From Octopus bimaculoides (taxonomy: Eukaryota), in the NCBI RefSeq assembly GCF_001194135.2, contig NC_069002.1:23876279-23940278 (forward strand): a stretch of 64,000 nucleotides of DNA, read 5' to 3'. Positions 40,637 to 53,983 of the stretch are shown here, piece by piece; positions within the stretch are counted from its first letter, which is position 1; the number at the start of each line of letters is the position of its first letter. Position numbers and translations under genes: made by a program. A model generated the notes under the pieces. It had not been told where the DNA came from and did not search any database. It saw only the letters and a list, made by a program, of their open reading frames with translations.

Positions 40637-41466
40637 GTTCCAAGATGTTCTAAAACTTCTCAAACAAGAAGTGATTCTTGGGACAACTCTCTCTTCAACA
40701 CTTAGACTTTGTTAAAATTCTTCATCAAAAACAGAATCAAAAAACCAAAACAAAGACTCTGCAGTCCTTAACAGCTTTTCTGCTTCCTTCATTTTATTCT
40801 ATTCTGTTTATTTTTGTCTCTATTTTCCTTCTTCCTCATATCTTTATTTATCTCAACTCCATTGTCTTCATTTTGATGAATGAGTTTCTCTGAATATTAT
40901 TTAAAAAGGAAAATGAAGTAGAATCTAAAGTTAGGGTATTTCTAAACTAAAATATTTTGATTCGACAAAGATTCTCCATTAATATATTTCAATAAATATT
41001 TTATTTACGTTTCCCTTATGTTTTTTTGTGTTTTTTTCTTGTTTCTTTTTATACACTATTTTACATAAACACAAGTTAAACTTGATAAAAACCATTCTAG
41101 AGAAAATAACCCAAAGTAGCAGCAGCAGCATGACGATGTATTGCCTCCTTTCATTCTCACTTCCACTCTTCCTCTTTCTAAAAAGATTACAGCATTTTAC
41201 AACCCCCCCCCCAACACACTTTTACAAATATACACATATAGACAAATATATGTATAGATATGTACATCTACATAAATATACATGCGTGTATATATACAAA
41301 TGTAAATATATAAACTATATGAATAGATAAATGTATATATTTATACAGACACATATAAATAGATTTATGTATAAATAATTATTGCTATATAACTATATGT
41401 ATAAATAAACGTGTGTGTATGTGTGTGTGTATACATGTGTATATATATATATATATGTGTGTGTTC

Positions 41467-41520
<54 letters not shown>

Positions 41521-44117
41521 NNNNNNNNNNNNNNNNNNNNNNNNNNNNNNNNNNNNNNNNNNNNNNNNNNNNNNNNNNNNNNNNNNNNNNNNNNNNNNNN
41601 NNNNNNNNNNNNNNNNNNNNNNNNNNNNNNNNNNNNNNNNNNNNNNNNNNNNNNNNNNNNNNNNNNNNNNNNNNNNNNNNNNNNNNNNNNNNNNNNNNNN
41701 NNNNNNNNNNNNNNNNNNNNNNNNNNNNNNNNNNNNNNNNNNNNNNNNNNNNNNNNNNNNNNNNNNNNNNNNNNNNNNNNNNNNNNNNNNNNNNNNNNNN
41801 NNNNNNNNNNNNNNNNNNNNNNNNNNNNNNNNNNNNNNNNNNNNNNNNNNNNNNNNNNNNNNNNNNNNNNNNNNNNNNNNNNNNNNNNNNNNNNNNNNNN
41901 NNNNNNNNNNNNNNNNNNNNNNNNNNNNNNNNNNNNNNNNNNNNNNNNNNNNNNNNNNNNNNNNNNNNNNNNNNNNNNNNNNNNNNNNNNNNNNNNNNNN
42001 NNNNNNNNNNNNNNNNNNNNNNNNNNNNNNNNNNNNNNNNNNNNNNNNNNNNNNNNNNNNNNNNNNNNNNNNNNNNNNNNNNNNNNNNNNNNNNNNNNNN
42101 NNNNNNNNNNNNNNNNNNNNNNNNNNNNNNNNNNNNNNNNNNNNNNNNNNNNNNNNNNNNNNNNNNNNNNNNNNNNNNNNNNNNNNNNNNNNNNNNNNNN
42201 NNNNNNNNNNNNNNNNNNNNNNNNNNNNNNNNNNNNNNNNNNNNNNNNNNNNNNNNNNNNNNNNNNNNNNNNNNNNNNNNNNNNNNNNNNNNNNNNNNNN
42301 NNNNNNNNNNNNNNNNNNNNNNNNNNNNNNNNNNNNNNNNNNNNNNNNNNNNNNNNNNNNNNNNNNNNNNNNNNNNNNNNNNNNNNNNNNNNNNNNNNNN
42401 NNNNNNNNNNNNNNNNNNNNNNNNNNNNNNNNNNNNNNNNNNNNNNNNNNNNNNNNNNNNNNNNNNNNNNNNNNNNNNNNNNNNNNNNNNNNNNNNNNNN
42501 NNNNNNNNNNNNNCTTTTCTCATAAAATTTTATATTTCATATTATTATCTTCATTGTTTATGTTCATTTTTATAGATTTATTTTGTCTAAAATCAAAAAC
42601 TCCAAGAGTTCTCGAATTTTGTGCTTTTTTTGTGTTTATTTATTATTCTTTTTTTTAATTTCATTTATTTATTTATTTATGTACTTATTTACTAACTTTT
42701 TTTTTTTTTTGTTAATTTCTTCTTTAGAGTAGATCTTATCGTTTTCTATTTTTGTTTTCTGCAACAGGAATCTTGCTGATTTCCATCATTTCCATTCCTT
42801 GTACAAGTAAAATCTCTTTGTATTCATTGGAGAATTATTTTTGTTTTTCTTTCTTTTAGCATCAAACTTTCTTTTTTTATAGTTTTCTTCTCCTCTGCAT
42901 ACTAAATCATGGTACCTTCACACACACACACACATATTTATTCCTCTTCTCTAAACTAAACCTTTTTCTCATGCTCCTGATTTATTTTCCCTTATGTAAT
43001 CAAGGTGCAATCTATTATTACAATATGCAGCCGAGTATATGGTGGTCTTTTTGGAATCACTTACTTCTAACAATGAAATACTTCAGAATAAATAACATTC
43101 CATGAGATTTAGGGAGGCCACCAGTTTTGTTGGAAAGTGGGTAGCTGCCATATAATCATTTCCATTATGTGTCAAGTTTTACAGGTGCAAAAGAAAAAAA
43201 TAACATCACCAGGTCACTGTGACACAGGTGTGTGTGTGTGCACGTGCATACATGCACGTGCACATATATATACATGAAAATATTCTCATTCTCTAAAGCA
43301 TATGCACATATGTATATATACATGCATATGCACGTACACATACATACACACGCACACATAAATAGATATATGTGTGTGTGTATATATATGCATATATATG
43401 CATATGTGAAGTTGCATGTGTGCTGTAGAAAACAGAAGGCATGTGTGTGTGTTTATGCTTGACGTGCGGTCATGCATGTATTTGTTGAATAGTGATATCA
43501 TTTATGTATGGTGTGTATGATAGAAAATGCAGATGTGTGTGTATGTATGCAATTTAGTTCCATCACTAGCAGTCTGGGTGTTTGATGGTTGAATGATGGT
43601 GATTGTCATGCAGTTACACTCTGTAAAGTGGTTGGCATCACGAAGTGCATCTAGCCATAGAAACCAAACCAAAACAGACAATGGTGCAGCTCCCAGACTT
43701 GTCAACTTCTGTCAAACTGTCCAACCCATACCAGCATAGGAAATGAACGTTAAAGGTTGATGATGAGGATGATGTATTATGTGTATGTCTGAAAAATGGT
43801 GTAAATATGTTGGCTATTTAACACTTTTACTGCAGAAATCAGATATATCCACTCAAAATTTCATTATTCCTAACCTTGGAAAGCAGTGTCATATAGCAGT
43901 GTCATTGTTTGTAGAGGAATATCATGTTTGAAATTATTTTCTGTTGAGATATGTCAAATTTCTTAAGGCAATGTAACTTGCAGAAAATACTAATTCTATG
44001 TTTTGGTAGATGTTTAACATCATTACTGGAATAACAATGAAATTTGATTTCACAGTAAAAGGGTTCAAGAATGTAGTTGAAAAGTTCTAAGAAGGAATAT
44101 GTTATCCTGTTCTTAGG

Positions 44118-44490
44118 CACAGGTGCAGGTGTGCACTAAGAAGCTTGCTTCCCAACCACATGGTTCCAAGTTCAATCTTACTGTGTGGCACCTCGGGCAA
44201 GTGTCTTCTACTATAGCCTCAGGCTGACCAAAGCCTTGTGAGTGGATTTGGTAGATGGAAACTGAAAGAAGCTCATCATATATATGTGTGTGTCTTTGCT
44301 TCTATGTTAGTACCCCACCACCACTTGACAACTGGTGTTGGTGTGTTTACATCCCTGTAACTTAACAGTTCAGCAAAAGAGTGATAAAATAAGTACCAGG
44401 CTTTTGAAAATATGTACTGGGTTTGATTCATTTTACTAAAATTTCTTCAAGGCAGTGCTCCAGCTTGACCAGTCTAGTTATTGAAACAAA
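44118..44490 (+). mobile_element. SINE family A
   Basis: Similarity to 278-668. Confidence 0.8.
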
Positions 44491-45829
44491 TGAGAGATAG
44501 AAGTTTCTCTTTGAAAGGAGTGGGGTCATAATGATGTAAGAGGTATCCATCAAGAAGCAGGAATGAAATCAACAGAAACAGCAAAATATAGGAAAATATA
44601 TAAAGTCAGATAAACATTTGTGTGAAAGCTATGTTTGGAGAGACAACACCTAGAAAAGGAAATCAGAAAATATAATCGAATACATATGAGAAAAAAGGAA
44701 TGGAAGCATGGAAAGATGGTGCAAAGTGGGTTCCTCCTACTGGTGTGATGTGTGACTGCCGTTGTACTGTAATTGCTATTTTATGCTAGTAGCCACAGTA
44801 GTTACTAATCATTGGATACCGTTGTATCTCTTCATACCAGAATAATAATACACTAACTTCTCTCTTACTGTTGCTGATAGCTCCACAAGATACCAACTAG
44901 AAGTGTCGACTCAGCTCTTTGACTCTCGACCCTCACTTGATGACCAGCTACTGGTCTATTTATAATGGCTGGTTCCTACTACTTTTTACCAGATGGGGTA
45001 TACAGTTTCACTATACAACAAAAGAAAAAGGAGCTATGGAGAGAGTGTTTGTGAATTGAGAGAGCTTTGAGTGAATAACAGGGCATGATTTGGAGATAAG
45101 TTGTTTTTGGGGAAGAAATGATTATGTTAAGGGCATCTGAATACGGTAACAAGTATAAGACATGCTGAGGTGATGCGAGTGTAATATAAGGGGTTATGAG
45201 ATTAGGATCGGGTGGGGGATAGCAGGTTTATGTGTACAGAGCGCTTCAGAGTGTTTAGGTGGAAAGTCAGCTGTGATGAAAGAGTGATTTGCAAAGAACT
45301 GAATAAGCAGAAAATGAAGGAAAAGTGAAAGAAAGATGTGAGAAAATTGAAGAAGGAATACTGACATACATGTAACATATTGTGAAATGTAATTCAATAT
45401 AGAAATCAATTGCATTTCTTCAATAATCACATGCATATGTGTGTATACATTCACTCACATATACATACACACACACTCATCCAGGCACACATACAAACAC
45501 ATATGTGTGTGTGTGTGGCCTAGTGGTCAGGGTGTTGCATTTACAATGGCTAGATTGTGGTGTTTGATTCCCAGACTAAGTGACACATTGTGTTCTTGAG
45601 GAAAACACTTCCTTTCACATTTCTGCTCCCCACTTAGCTTTAAATGGACAACTCCTTGACAGACTAACCTTCCAATCAATTGGGGAGGGGCGGATGTCAG
45701 CCTGTTTGCCAACGATGCAGAGCACATTGTGACCAGCAATGTAACAACATCCAATAATGTTGAAAGTGTTTTTGGTCACTTGATTGCATGATATATACAT
45801 ATATGTAATTACATATATATATATATATA

Positions 45830-46041
45830 TAATGTGGTCGATGCTGGGTCCATCTGACTGGCTCCTAAGCTGGTGGAAAAACACACTCTCGGAGTGGTTG
45901 GCATAAGGAAGGGCATCCAGCTGTAGAAACATTGCCATATCACATTGGAGCCTGGTGCAACCTCCTGGCTTTCCAGACCTCAGTCAAACCATCCAACCCA
46001 TGCCCATATGGAAAGCGGACATTAAACAATGATGATGACGA

Positions 46042-46045
<4 letters not shown>
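45830..46045 (+). mobile_element. Retroposon family B 3' part
   Basis: aggaagggcatccagctgtagaaac...ggacattaaacaatgatgat. Confidence 0.75.
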
Positions 46046-46078
<33 letters not shown>

Positions 46079-46089
46079 CATACACACAC

Positions 46090-46381
46090 ACTATTTACAT
46101 TTGACGGATACTTGTCGTCATCTTGTCTGTTGTTAACACAACGTTTTGGCTGATATACCCTCCAGCCTTCATCAGGTGTCCTGGGGAAATTTTGAACCTG
46201 GGTTCTCATTCCTAAGACATTTTTCGATATTATTATTTGACGGATGTTTGTCCTCATCTTGTTTGTTGTTAACGCGACGTTTTGGCTGATATACCCTCTA
46301 ACCTTCATCAGGTGTCTTGGGGAAATCTTGAACCTGGGTTCTCATTCCTAAGACATTTTTCAATATTATTATTATTATTAC

Positions 46382-46414
<33 letters not shown>

Positions 46415-46492
46415 CGTCACTGCCTGGAATTGAACTTGGAATCTTGGGGTTAGTAGCCCGTGCTCTTAACCACTATGCCATTTGCACATAAT
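46090..46492 (-). mobile_element. PLE family-1 unit with tRNA-like head and two tandem hammerheads (46135-46180, 46271-46316)
   Basis: Reverse complement reads: tRNA-like head (about 46410-46482), (AAT)n, hammerhead with GUC site, then a direct repeat of the terminal segment 136 nt further on. Confidence 0.82.
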
Positions 46493-46717
46493 ATAGAACT
46501 GTAATATATACAGAGATAGATAGGTAGATAGATAGATGATGTTAGGAAAGAAATTGAGCCATAGAATCCAGGCCAGTGCTGATACTGGAGTTCAACACAG
46601 TCCTGCATTTTGTTAGGTCCTGTCACTTCATCTGACCAGTGACATCGTGGAAAAGAGACATTAAATTATACTGAAGAAGATACCTACATGGATACACATT
46701 CCTGTATACATTCTTTT

Positions 46718-47070
46718 ACGTGTTTCACTTATTTGACTGCGACCATGCTGGAGCACTGCTCTGAAGGGTTTTAGATCCCAGGACTTGTTTCTTTTTCAAG
46801 CTTAGTACTTATTCTATCAATCGTTTGCTGAACCACTAAGTTACGGGGATATAAACACACTAACACCAGTTGTCAAGCAGTGGTGGAGTGACAACCACAA
46901 AAACAAAGACATGCACACACACATATATATGATGAGCTTCTTTCATTTTCTGTCTGCCAAACCCACTCACAAAGATTTGGTTGACCCGAGGCTATAGTGG
47001 AAGACAGTGGGACTGAACCCAAAACCATGTTTGGGAAACAAGCTTCTTACCACACAGCCATACCTGCACC
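46718..47070 (-). mobile_element. SINE family A
   Basis: Reverse-complement similarity. Confidence 0.8.
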
Positions 47071-47087
47071 TTGCATACTACAAATCG

Positions 47088-47475
47088 TTGTGGTACTCCA
47101 TTGGTTGCAACGATGAGGGTTCCAATTGATCCGATCAATGGAACAGCCTGCTAGTGAAATTAACGTGCAAGTGGCTGCGCACTCCACAGACACATGTACC
47201 ATTAATGTAGTTCTCTGGGAGATTCAGCGTGACACAGAGTGTGACAAGGCTGACCCCTTCAACATACAGGTACAACAGAAACAGGAAGTAAGATTGAGAG
47301 AAAGTTGTGGTGAAAGAGTACAGCACAGAAGGGTTCACCACCGCTGCCAGAGCCTCGTTGAGCTTTAGGTGTTCTTGCTCAATAAACACTCACAACGCTT
47401 GGTCTGGGAATTGAAACCGCGATCCTACCATCACGAGTTTTCTGCCCTAACCACTGGGCTATTGCACCTCCACCA
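47088..47475 (-). mobile_element. SINE family D
   Basis: Reverse-complement similarity to 9327-9660. Confidence 0.8.
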
Positions 47476-47844
47476 TGCTACAAATAAAGTGATGTGCAAT
47501 TATTACAATACACACAAACATACACATTGTTGAAATTTTATATGAGAGAAATTGTAGAACTTGAGTGATATGAAATATCCAGAAAAGTTCATCTATCTTT
47601 CATATATAATTAACACAGTAAAATGAACCTTACATGCACATAAATGTATATATTTACAGAAATACACACACATGCAATATTACATGAGTGGGAAAATTAA
47701 TTATGCACGCATTATTTGTATTGATTTTGCTTTAGTCATTACACAATGATTTGACCTTCAAATATCAGTTACGTTATCATTATGTCCAGTATGGTCACTC
47801 TACTCTTTAATGGCTTTAAAGAAGAGTAGTACCTATCTATCATG

Positions 47845-48212
47845 GCACTCTGTTGGTTACGACGGCAAAGGTTCCAGTTGATTCTATAAATGGAACAGCC
47901 TGCTCATGAAAAATTCATGTGCAAGTGGTTGAGCACTCCACAGACATGTGTGCCCTTCACGTAGTTCTCCAGGAGATTCGGCATGACACAGAGTGTGACA
48001 AGGCTGGTCCTTTCAAATACAGGTAGAAACATTGAGAGAAAGTTGTGGTGAAAGAGTACAACAGGGTTCGCCACCACCCACTGCTGAAGCCTTGTGGAGC
48101 TTAATGTGTTTTCGCTCAATAAACATTCACAACACCTCGTCTGGGAATTGAAACTGCGATCCTATGACCACGAGTCCGCTGCCTTAACCACTGAGCCATT
48201 GCAACTCCACAA
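47845..48212 (-). mobile_element. SINE family D
   Basis: Reverse-complement similarity to 9327-9660 and 47088-47475. Confidence 0.8.
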
Positions 48213-49305
48213 AGAGTAGTATTTATTATCTATTGATATGTTTTTTATGCCTGAAGGTGATTCAGGGTGTGAAATCCATCGAAAGCTTTCAGCAGTAAAT
48301 GGAAACATTGTTTTGTTGCTAGGAATTGTCTACAAATAGACTGAAAGACTGAAATATTCAAAAGTGGTTGCAGAAGTGTCTCACTTCAAGAAGGAATTGG
48401 ACAAGTGAGTTTGTGACATGATCCTGTTGAACAGGTGTAACTATTGATGAAGTGGCAAAGGCTATGCAAATTAGACAACACCCTGACATATGGAAAATTG
48501 TTCTGAAATATTCCAACCACTTATGGACTGCTATGGTAACAATGATGACTCCCTGGAAAAAAATTATTATTGATGACAAAGCAGTTACACTTCTACAAGC
48601 TGGATTACTGAAAAGAAATGTCCACAATCTCAATGAAAGAAGAAAAAAACATCAAAAGGCAATGAACAGAAATGAAAATTACAATGTTCCAGAATTAGCA
48701 AAAAAGGAAAGAAACATATTTGAGATAACCTTATCAGGAGATAATGAGCAACAAACACTGCTCGTTATAGTGAGGCAGTGAAGGACAAGTTAAGTTGAAA
48801 CAAAAGTTTAAGACTACTTTCCAAAAGCATTCTGTTGTTACAGACAATGCCCACAAATTGTTGATGTTCAGAGTATTAGAATCTTCCAGAAACAGAAATT
48901 CCAAATTCTGGAGTGTCCTTCTTTATAGTCCAGATCATGTTTGTTCAATTTATCACCAGTTTTCACCATCGAAACATACCTCAAGAGGTTGAAGATTAAT
49001 TTCAAGAAATGAGAGACGTGGTACATATATGGCTTATATCTCAACTCAAAATGTTTTTTGAGAGTGTAAAAAAGCTTATGCAGACATAGGACTGTGTTAG
49101 AAAGCAAGAGGACTGTGCTGGAAATGATGCACTCTATGGTTGTGATGAACTTTTAAATATAAATGATAAAAAGTTTGGAATGTTGCTCTACTTTCAAGCA
49201 AACAAAGAAGGAAAAGATTAAGGTTCACTTAATAACAACAAAAACCCAATTCCTCTTTCAAGTTCAGACCAGCGCCACGCACACACACGCACACACACAC
49301 ACACA

Positions 49306-49356
<51 letters not shown>

Positions 49357-49394
49357 NNNNNNNNNNNNNNNNNNNNNNNNNNNNNNNNNNNNNN

Positions 49395-49456
<62 letters not shown>

Positions 49457-49574
49457 TGTCCATATATGTATATACAATTGATATTCAATAGTTTTCTTCT
49501 TCACTTGGATTTTCTTACATTTCTATGTTAAGAACTGCTTCATTATCATGAAAAAACAGAGTTTTTATATTTAA

Positions 49575-49794
49575 CCCTTTAGTGTTCAAATTAATTTGTC
49601 AAAAGTAATCCTTATTTATTCACATTTCAAAAAATTTATCTGATATTATTTTGTAGCTTCAAGATAGGAAAGATGTAATTGCTTATTTTTAGAATGACAT
49701 TGCAGGGTAGGTGTGAGAGGCTGGTTCTAGCCAGTTTGAGCATAAAATGTGTTGAATATTTGGGCCGGATACAGCCAGTTTAAACACTAAAGGG
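49575..49794. mobile_element. piggyBac-type MITE
   Basis: TTAA|CCCTTTAGTGTTCAAA ... TTTAAACACTAAAGGG|TTAA. Related copies at about 19165-19380 and 19445-20257. Confidence 0.8.
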
Positions 49795-49839
49795 TTAAAA
49801 GTGGGAGTTACTCAATATGTAAGTGAAGTTGTCGAAGTG

Positions 49840-50295
49840 GCTGATGACAGTACCACCTCATTGGCACCTGTGCCGGTGGCACCTAAAAAGCACCATTCAA
49901 GCGTGGTCATTGCCAGTGCTGCCTGACTGGCTGCCATGATAGTGGCACATAAAGAGCACCATTCGAATGTGGGCGATGCCAGTGCTGGCTGACTGGTCCC
50001 ATGCTGATGACACGTAAAATGCACCATTCAAGCATGGTCATTGCTAGTGCTGCCTGATTGGCTCCCATGCCGGTGGCACATAAAAAGCACTATTCAAGCG
50101 TGGTTGATGCCAGTACCACCTGACTGGCCCTCATGCCAGTGGCACGTAAAAAGTACCCACTACACTCTCAGAGCAGTTGGTGATAGGAAGGGCATCTAGC
50201 TGTAGAAACTTTGCCAGATCAGATTGGAGCCTGGTGCAGCCTTTTGGCTTGCCAGCCCTCAGTCAAACCATTGAACCCATGCTAGCATGGAAAGA
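49840..50295 (+). mobile_element. Retroposon family B with 4+ internal 66-bp repeats
   Basis: Units start at 49890, 49956, 50021, 50087 and 50153. Confidence 0.85.
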
Positions 50296-51038
50296 TGACT
50301 ACAAAATATAGTTGTTTTACAAGAAAGCAAAATTTCTTGTGATTGCTTAAAAAGGGCTAGAATGACAATGCTAGAATGTATTTGAAACAATGGACAACAG
50401 TCAAAATATCAATGGATGGGTAAATAAGCATCATTAAAGTGAAACCATGCATTGGTAGGTAAACAAAGATATCAACAAATAGAAAAGAGGTAAGGGACCA
50501 TCACCTTTCAAGTAACTCAGAATAGGTGAAGGTGAGCTTGCCAAAGTTTAATGCCGTTTAAATATAGAAATTAAGATAGTTTGGTATTGGATATTCATTG
50601 CTTACAGTGTTCCTAGTCAATTTAATCACCGTTGCAGGTGGACAGTTGAAATAAATAAATAGACAAAATCCTTTCACTTTTATAGTATTCTCTAACCAAA
50701 ACACTCAATACACACCAATACACATAAAAAGATATATAAAGTAATAATACACAATTATAACATAGTAATCAATCAAAAAAATGTGAAAACCACTAAAAAA
50801 TATGGAAGACACTACATACAAAAAACTATGTATATACAAGGAATTAGAGAAAAAACCCATATAAACCACCGTTTTTTCCCAGTTTGTCCATTTACACAGG
50901 AGCTCTGGGCAAAATGTTATAATGCATGACCATCCTTAGGACATAATGTGTGTAAAGTTTGATGAAATTCAGTTGAGAATTGTGGAAATATATGCATTAG
51001 TCAATATACACACACACATATGCATATATATATAGTAA

Positions 51039-51178
51039 CTGAGGGTGCTATTCAGCACCAGTTGTGCTAGAAATAAGAGTCAAAACAACTCATAGCCACA
51101 ATAAAATGGTGCTTATTATGGCTATGAGTTGTTTTGGCTCTTATTTCTAGCAATACCAGTACTGAATAGCACTCTCAG
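51039..51178. mobile_element. Palindromic MITE-like hairpin
   Basis: About 65-bp inverted arms (ctgagggtgctattcagcac...catagccacaataa / ttattatggctatg...gtactgaatagcactctcag). Confidence 0.7.
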
Positions 51179-51229
51179 TAGTTTTAGTGACATTACCTTT
51201 CGGTTGAAAAGTTGCTAACAAGTCACCCT

Positions 51230-51314
<85 letters not shown>

Positions 51315-51339
51315 CACACACAAATAGGTGTGCATTATA

Positions 51340-51652
51340 TATATATATAAGCACCATTCGAGCATGGTCATTGCCAGTGTCGCTTAATTGCCTCCCATGC
51401 TGGTGGCACATAAAAAGCACTATTCAAGCGTGGTTGATGCCAGTACCGCCTGACTGGCCCTTGTGCCGGTGGCCCGTAAAAGACACACACTACACTCTTG
51501 AAGTGGTTGGCGTTAGGATGGGCATCCATCTGTAGAAACTTTGTCAGATCATGTTGGAGCCTGGTGCAGCTTTTAGGCTTGCCAGCCCTCCGTCAAACCA
51601 TCCAACCCATGCCAGCATGGAAAGCAGACGTCAAACGACGACGATGATGATA
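51340..51652 (+). mobile_element. Retroposon family B
   Basis: 2 internal units and a (gat)n tail into (AT)n. Confidence 0.8.
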
Positions 51653-51831
51653 TATATACATACATGTGTGTGTATGTGTGTTACATGCATACACAGAAAC
51701 AATTTTATTTTTTTATAAGAGAGTTTTTTGTTTTTATCTTACTGTTTCTTTAAAAAAATATTTTTTTCATATGTATGGTGACTTTTGAATCACCCTGTAG
51801 AACATATGAGTGCATATATATATATATATAT

Positions 51832-51928
51832 ATCATCATCATCATCATCATCGTTTAACGTCCGCCTTCCATGCTAGCATGGGTTGGACGATTTGACTGA
51901 GGACTGGTGAAACCGGATGGCAACACCA
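51832..51928 (-). mobile_element. Retroposon family B 3' end (young subfamily)
   Basis: Nearly identical to 63833-63930. Confidence 0.8.
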
Positions 51929-52103
51929 NNNNNNNNNNNNNNNNNNNNNNNNNNNNNNNNNNNNNNNNNNNNNNNNNNNNNNNNNNNNNNNNNNNNNNNN
52001 NNNNNNNNNNNNNNNNNNNNNNNNNNNNNNNNNNNNNNNNNNNNNNNNNNNNNNNNNNNNNNNNNNNNNNNNNNNNNNNNCTGAATTTACAGGGTGGCGG
52101 TTT

Positions 52104-52169
<66 letters not shown>

Positions 52170-52315
52170 CACTAATCATTTCTAAGTCTTGTCAATTCAG
52201 CTGGATATGTTTTTTTGAAGAATTTCCTTCACAAGTATATGAATTTGAATGAGTGTAAGAGAGAGCAAATAACAAAATAAATGAAAAAAATTCTGAATTT
52301 ACAGGGTGGCGGTTT

Positions 52316-52355
<40 letters not shown>

Positions 52356-53371
52356 TAGATAGATAGATAGATAGATAGACAGGTGTATGTAGGTACAAGT
52401 GTACATGTATTCAAAATGTAAAGGTTAAAAATATACAGATGTTCATAAATCCACAGCAAAAAACACAAAAGATACCAAAGGGAGACAATACTAGAGTAAT
52501 AAGTTCCAGATTACAATATTTCAAATACAAAACGGAATCAATGAAAACCAGCATGCAAGAAGTAATATACAAATGGAAGTTCCAAAATGCTAAATAATCA
52601 AAATTTAATGATTTTAGAATAGTACAGTGTTATAATTTCATAGTCACATAATTTTATGTTACAAATTTGATAATCATATAATTTTGTTAATTTTAAAATG
52701 CTGCAAATTTGTAAAATTTTTAATTTCATAATGTTACAACTTTGTTATTGTAGTCTGTAAGTCTCAACATAATTTTCATTCAGTATTCTATACTTTTGCA
52801 ATTTTCATGATGATAATGATGAACAGGAGCTAGAATGTGCAATTTAACGAAGGAAAAAAAAAAAATCAACAATGTATAATAGAAGTAGGTATATATCGCA
52901 TATATGTACACTATTTCCTGTTATCTCTCATGAAAATGTAAGATTTATATTAAAATATAATTTATTATATGCCTTCATTTCTGTACCTTATGTGCATTGC
53001 ATATCTTGCATTCATCCAAGTAACGTTATGGCTGTTATACATGCACACACACTCAGACAGACAGATATTGTATCTACTTAAAGGAAACACACAAATACTT
53101 ATATTTATATGGATACGGTGTATATCCACACAGATATAAAATGGTAACGAGGACATCTGTACATAGAAGAGTGTTATTCTCTTTTATTGACAAAGCATAA
53201 GATTAAAATATGTACAGTATAAAAGAAACCTTAATCATCATTAGATATTCAAATAAACTAATTAATTAAAAGATCAGGATCCAAAGCAAAACAGTTGTAA
53301 ATATTATGGAACAACGTCATTAGAAACTACAAGTATTAAAATACATGGACAATGCATAAACTACATAACTT

Positions 53372-53571
53372 GTTTCAGTTATTAGATTGCAGCCATGCTG
53401 GGGCACCACTTTGAAGAACTTTTAGTCAATTGAATCAAACCCATTCCATTTTTTGTTTTTAAGTCTGATATTTATTCTATTGATGTCTTTTGCCAAACCA
53501 CCAAGTTATGGGGATGTAAACAAACCAATACCTGTTGTCAAGCAGTGGTGGTGGAACAAACAAAAACTTAC

Positions 53572-53615
<44 letters not shown>

Positions 53616-53770
53616 TGGGCTCCTTTCAGTTTCCATTTACTAAATCTATTCAAGTCTTTGGTTGTCCCAAGGCTGTAGTAGAAGGCCCTTGCCCAAGGTG
53701 CCACATAGTGGGACTGAACCTGAAACCATGTGAATGGGAAGCAAGCTTCTTACCACACAGCTATACCTTA
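53372..53770 (-). mobile_element. SINE family A
   Basis: Reverse-complement similarity. Confidence 0.75.
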
Positions 53771-53947
53771 GTTGAAGTATAATTGAAAATATAGTCATAA
53801 ACCACCTCCTCATCATTCTACATCATTCTGTGTTTGTATGTATGTATGTGTGTATATGTATATATCTTTCATCATGTTGAACAATTAATTCCTTCACAAT
53901 TTTTTCTCTCCCTTTTTTGTTCAGTCTCTATTCTTTTCCTCTCAGTT

Positions 53948-53983
53948 CTTTTTGTTGAAGAGCTTAGGCTCAAAATGTCAAAG
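53948..53983 (+). ncRNA. Hammerhead-like motif, family 3 (CUGUUGA core variant), degenerate
   Basis: cttt ttgttga a GAGC-ttag-GCTC aaaa tgtc aaag. Confidence 0.45.

Noticed and set aside
39847-42658. Long ORFs of 200-400 aa in the track
   Set aside because: Composed of N gaps (X) and (AT)n/(GT)n translations. The same applies to ORFs at 2369-2892, 6845-7794, 9999-10618 and 59414-60227.
49890-50160. CRISPR-like array
   Set aside because: Contiguous degenerate tandem units without unique spacers, in a eukaryotic intron.
52081-52350. Duplicated ctgaatttacagggtggcggtttt(at)n(ag)n
   Set aside because: The first copy begins right after a gap. Likely an assembly artefact.
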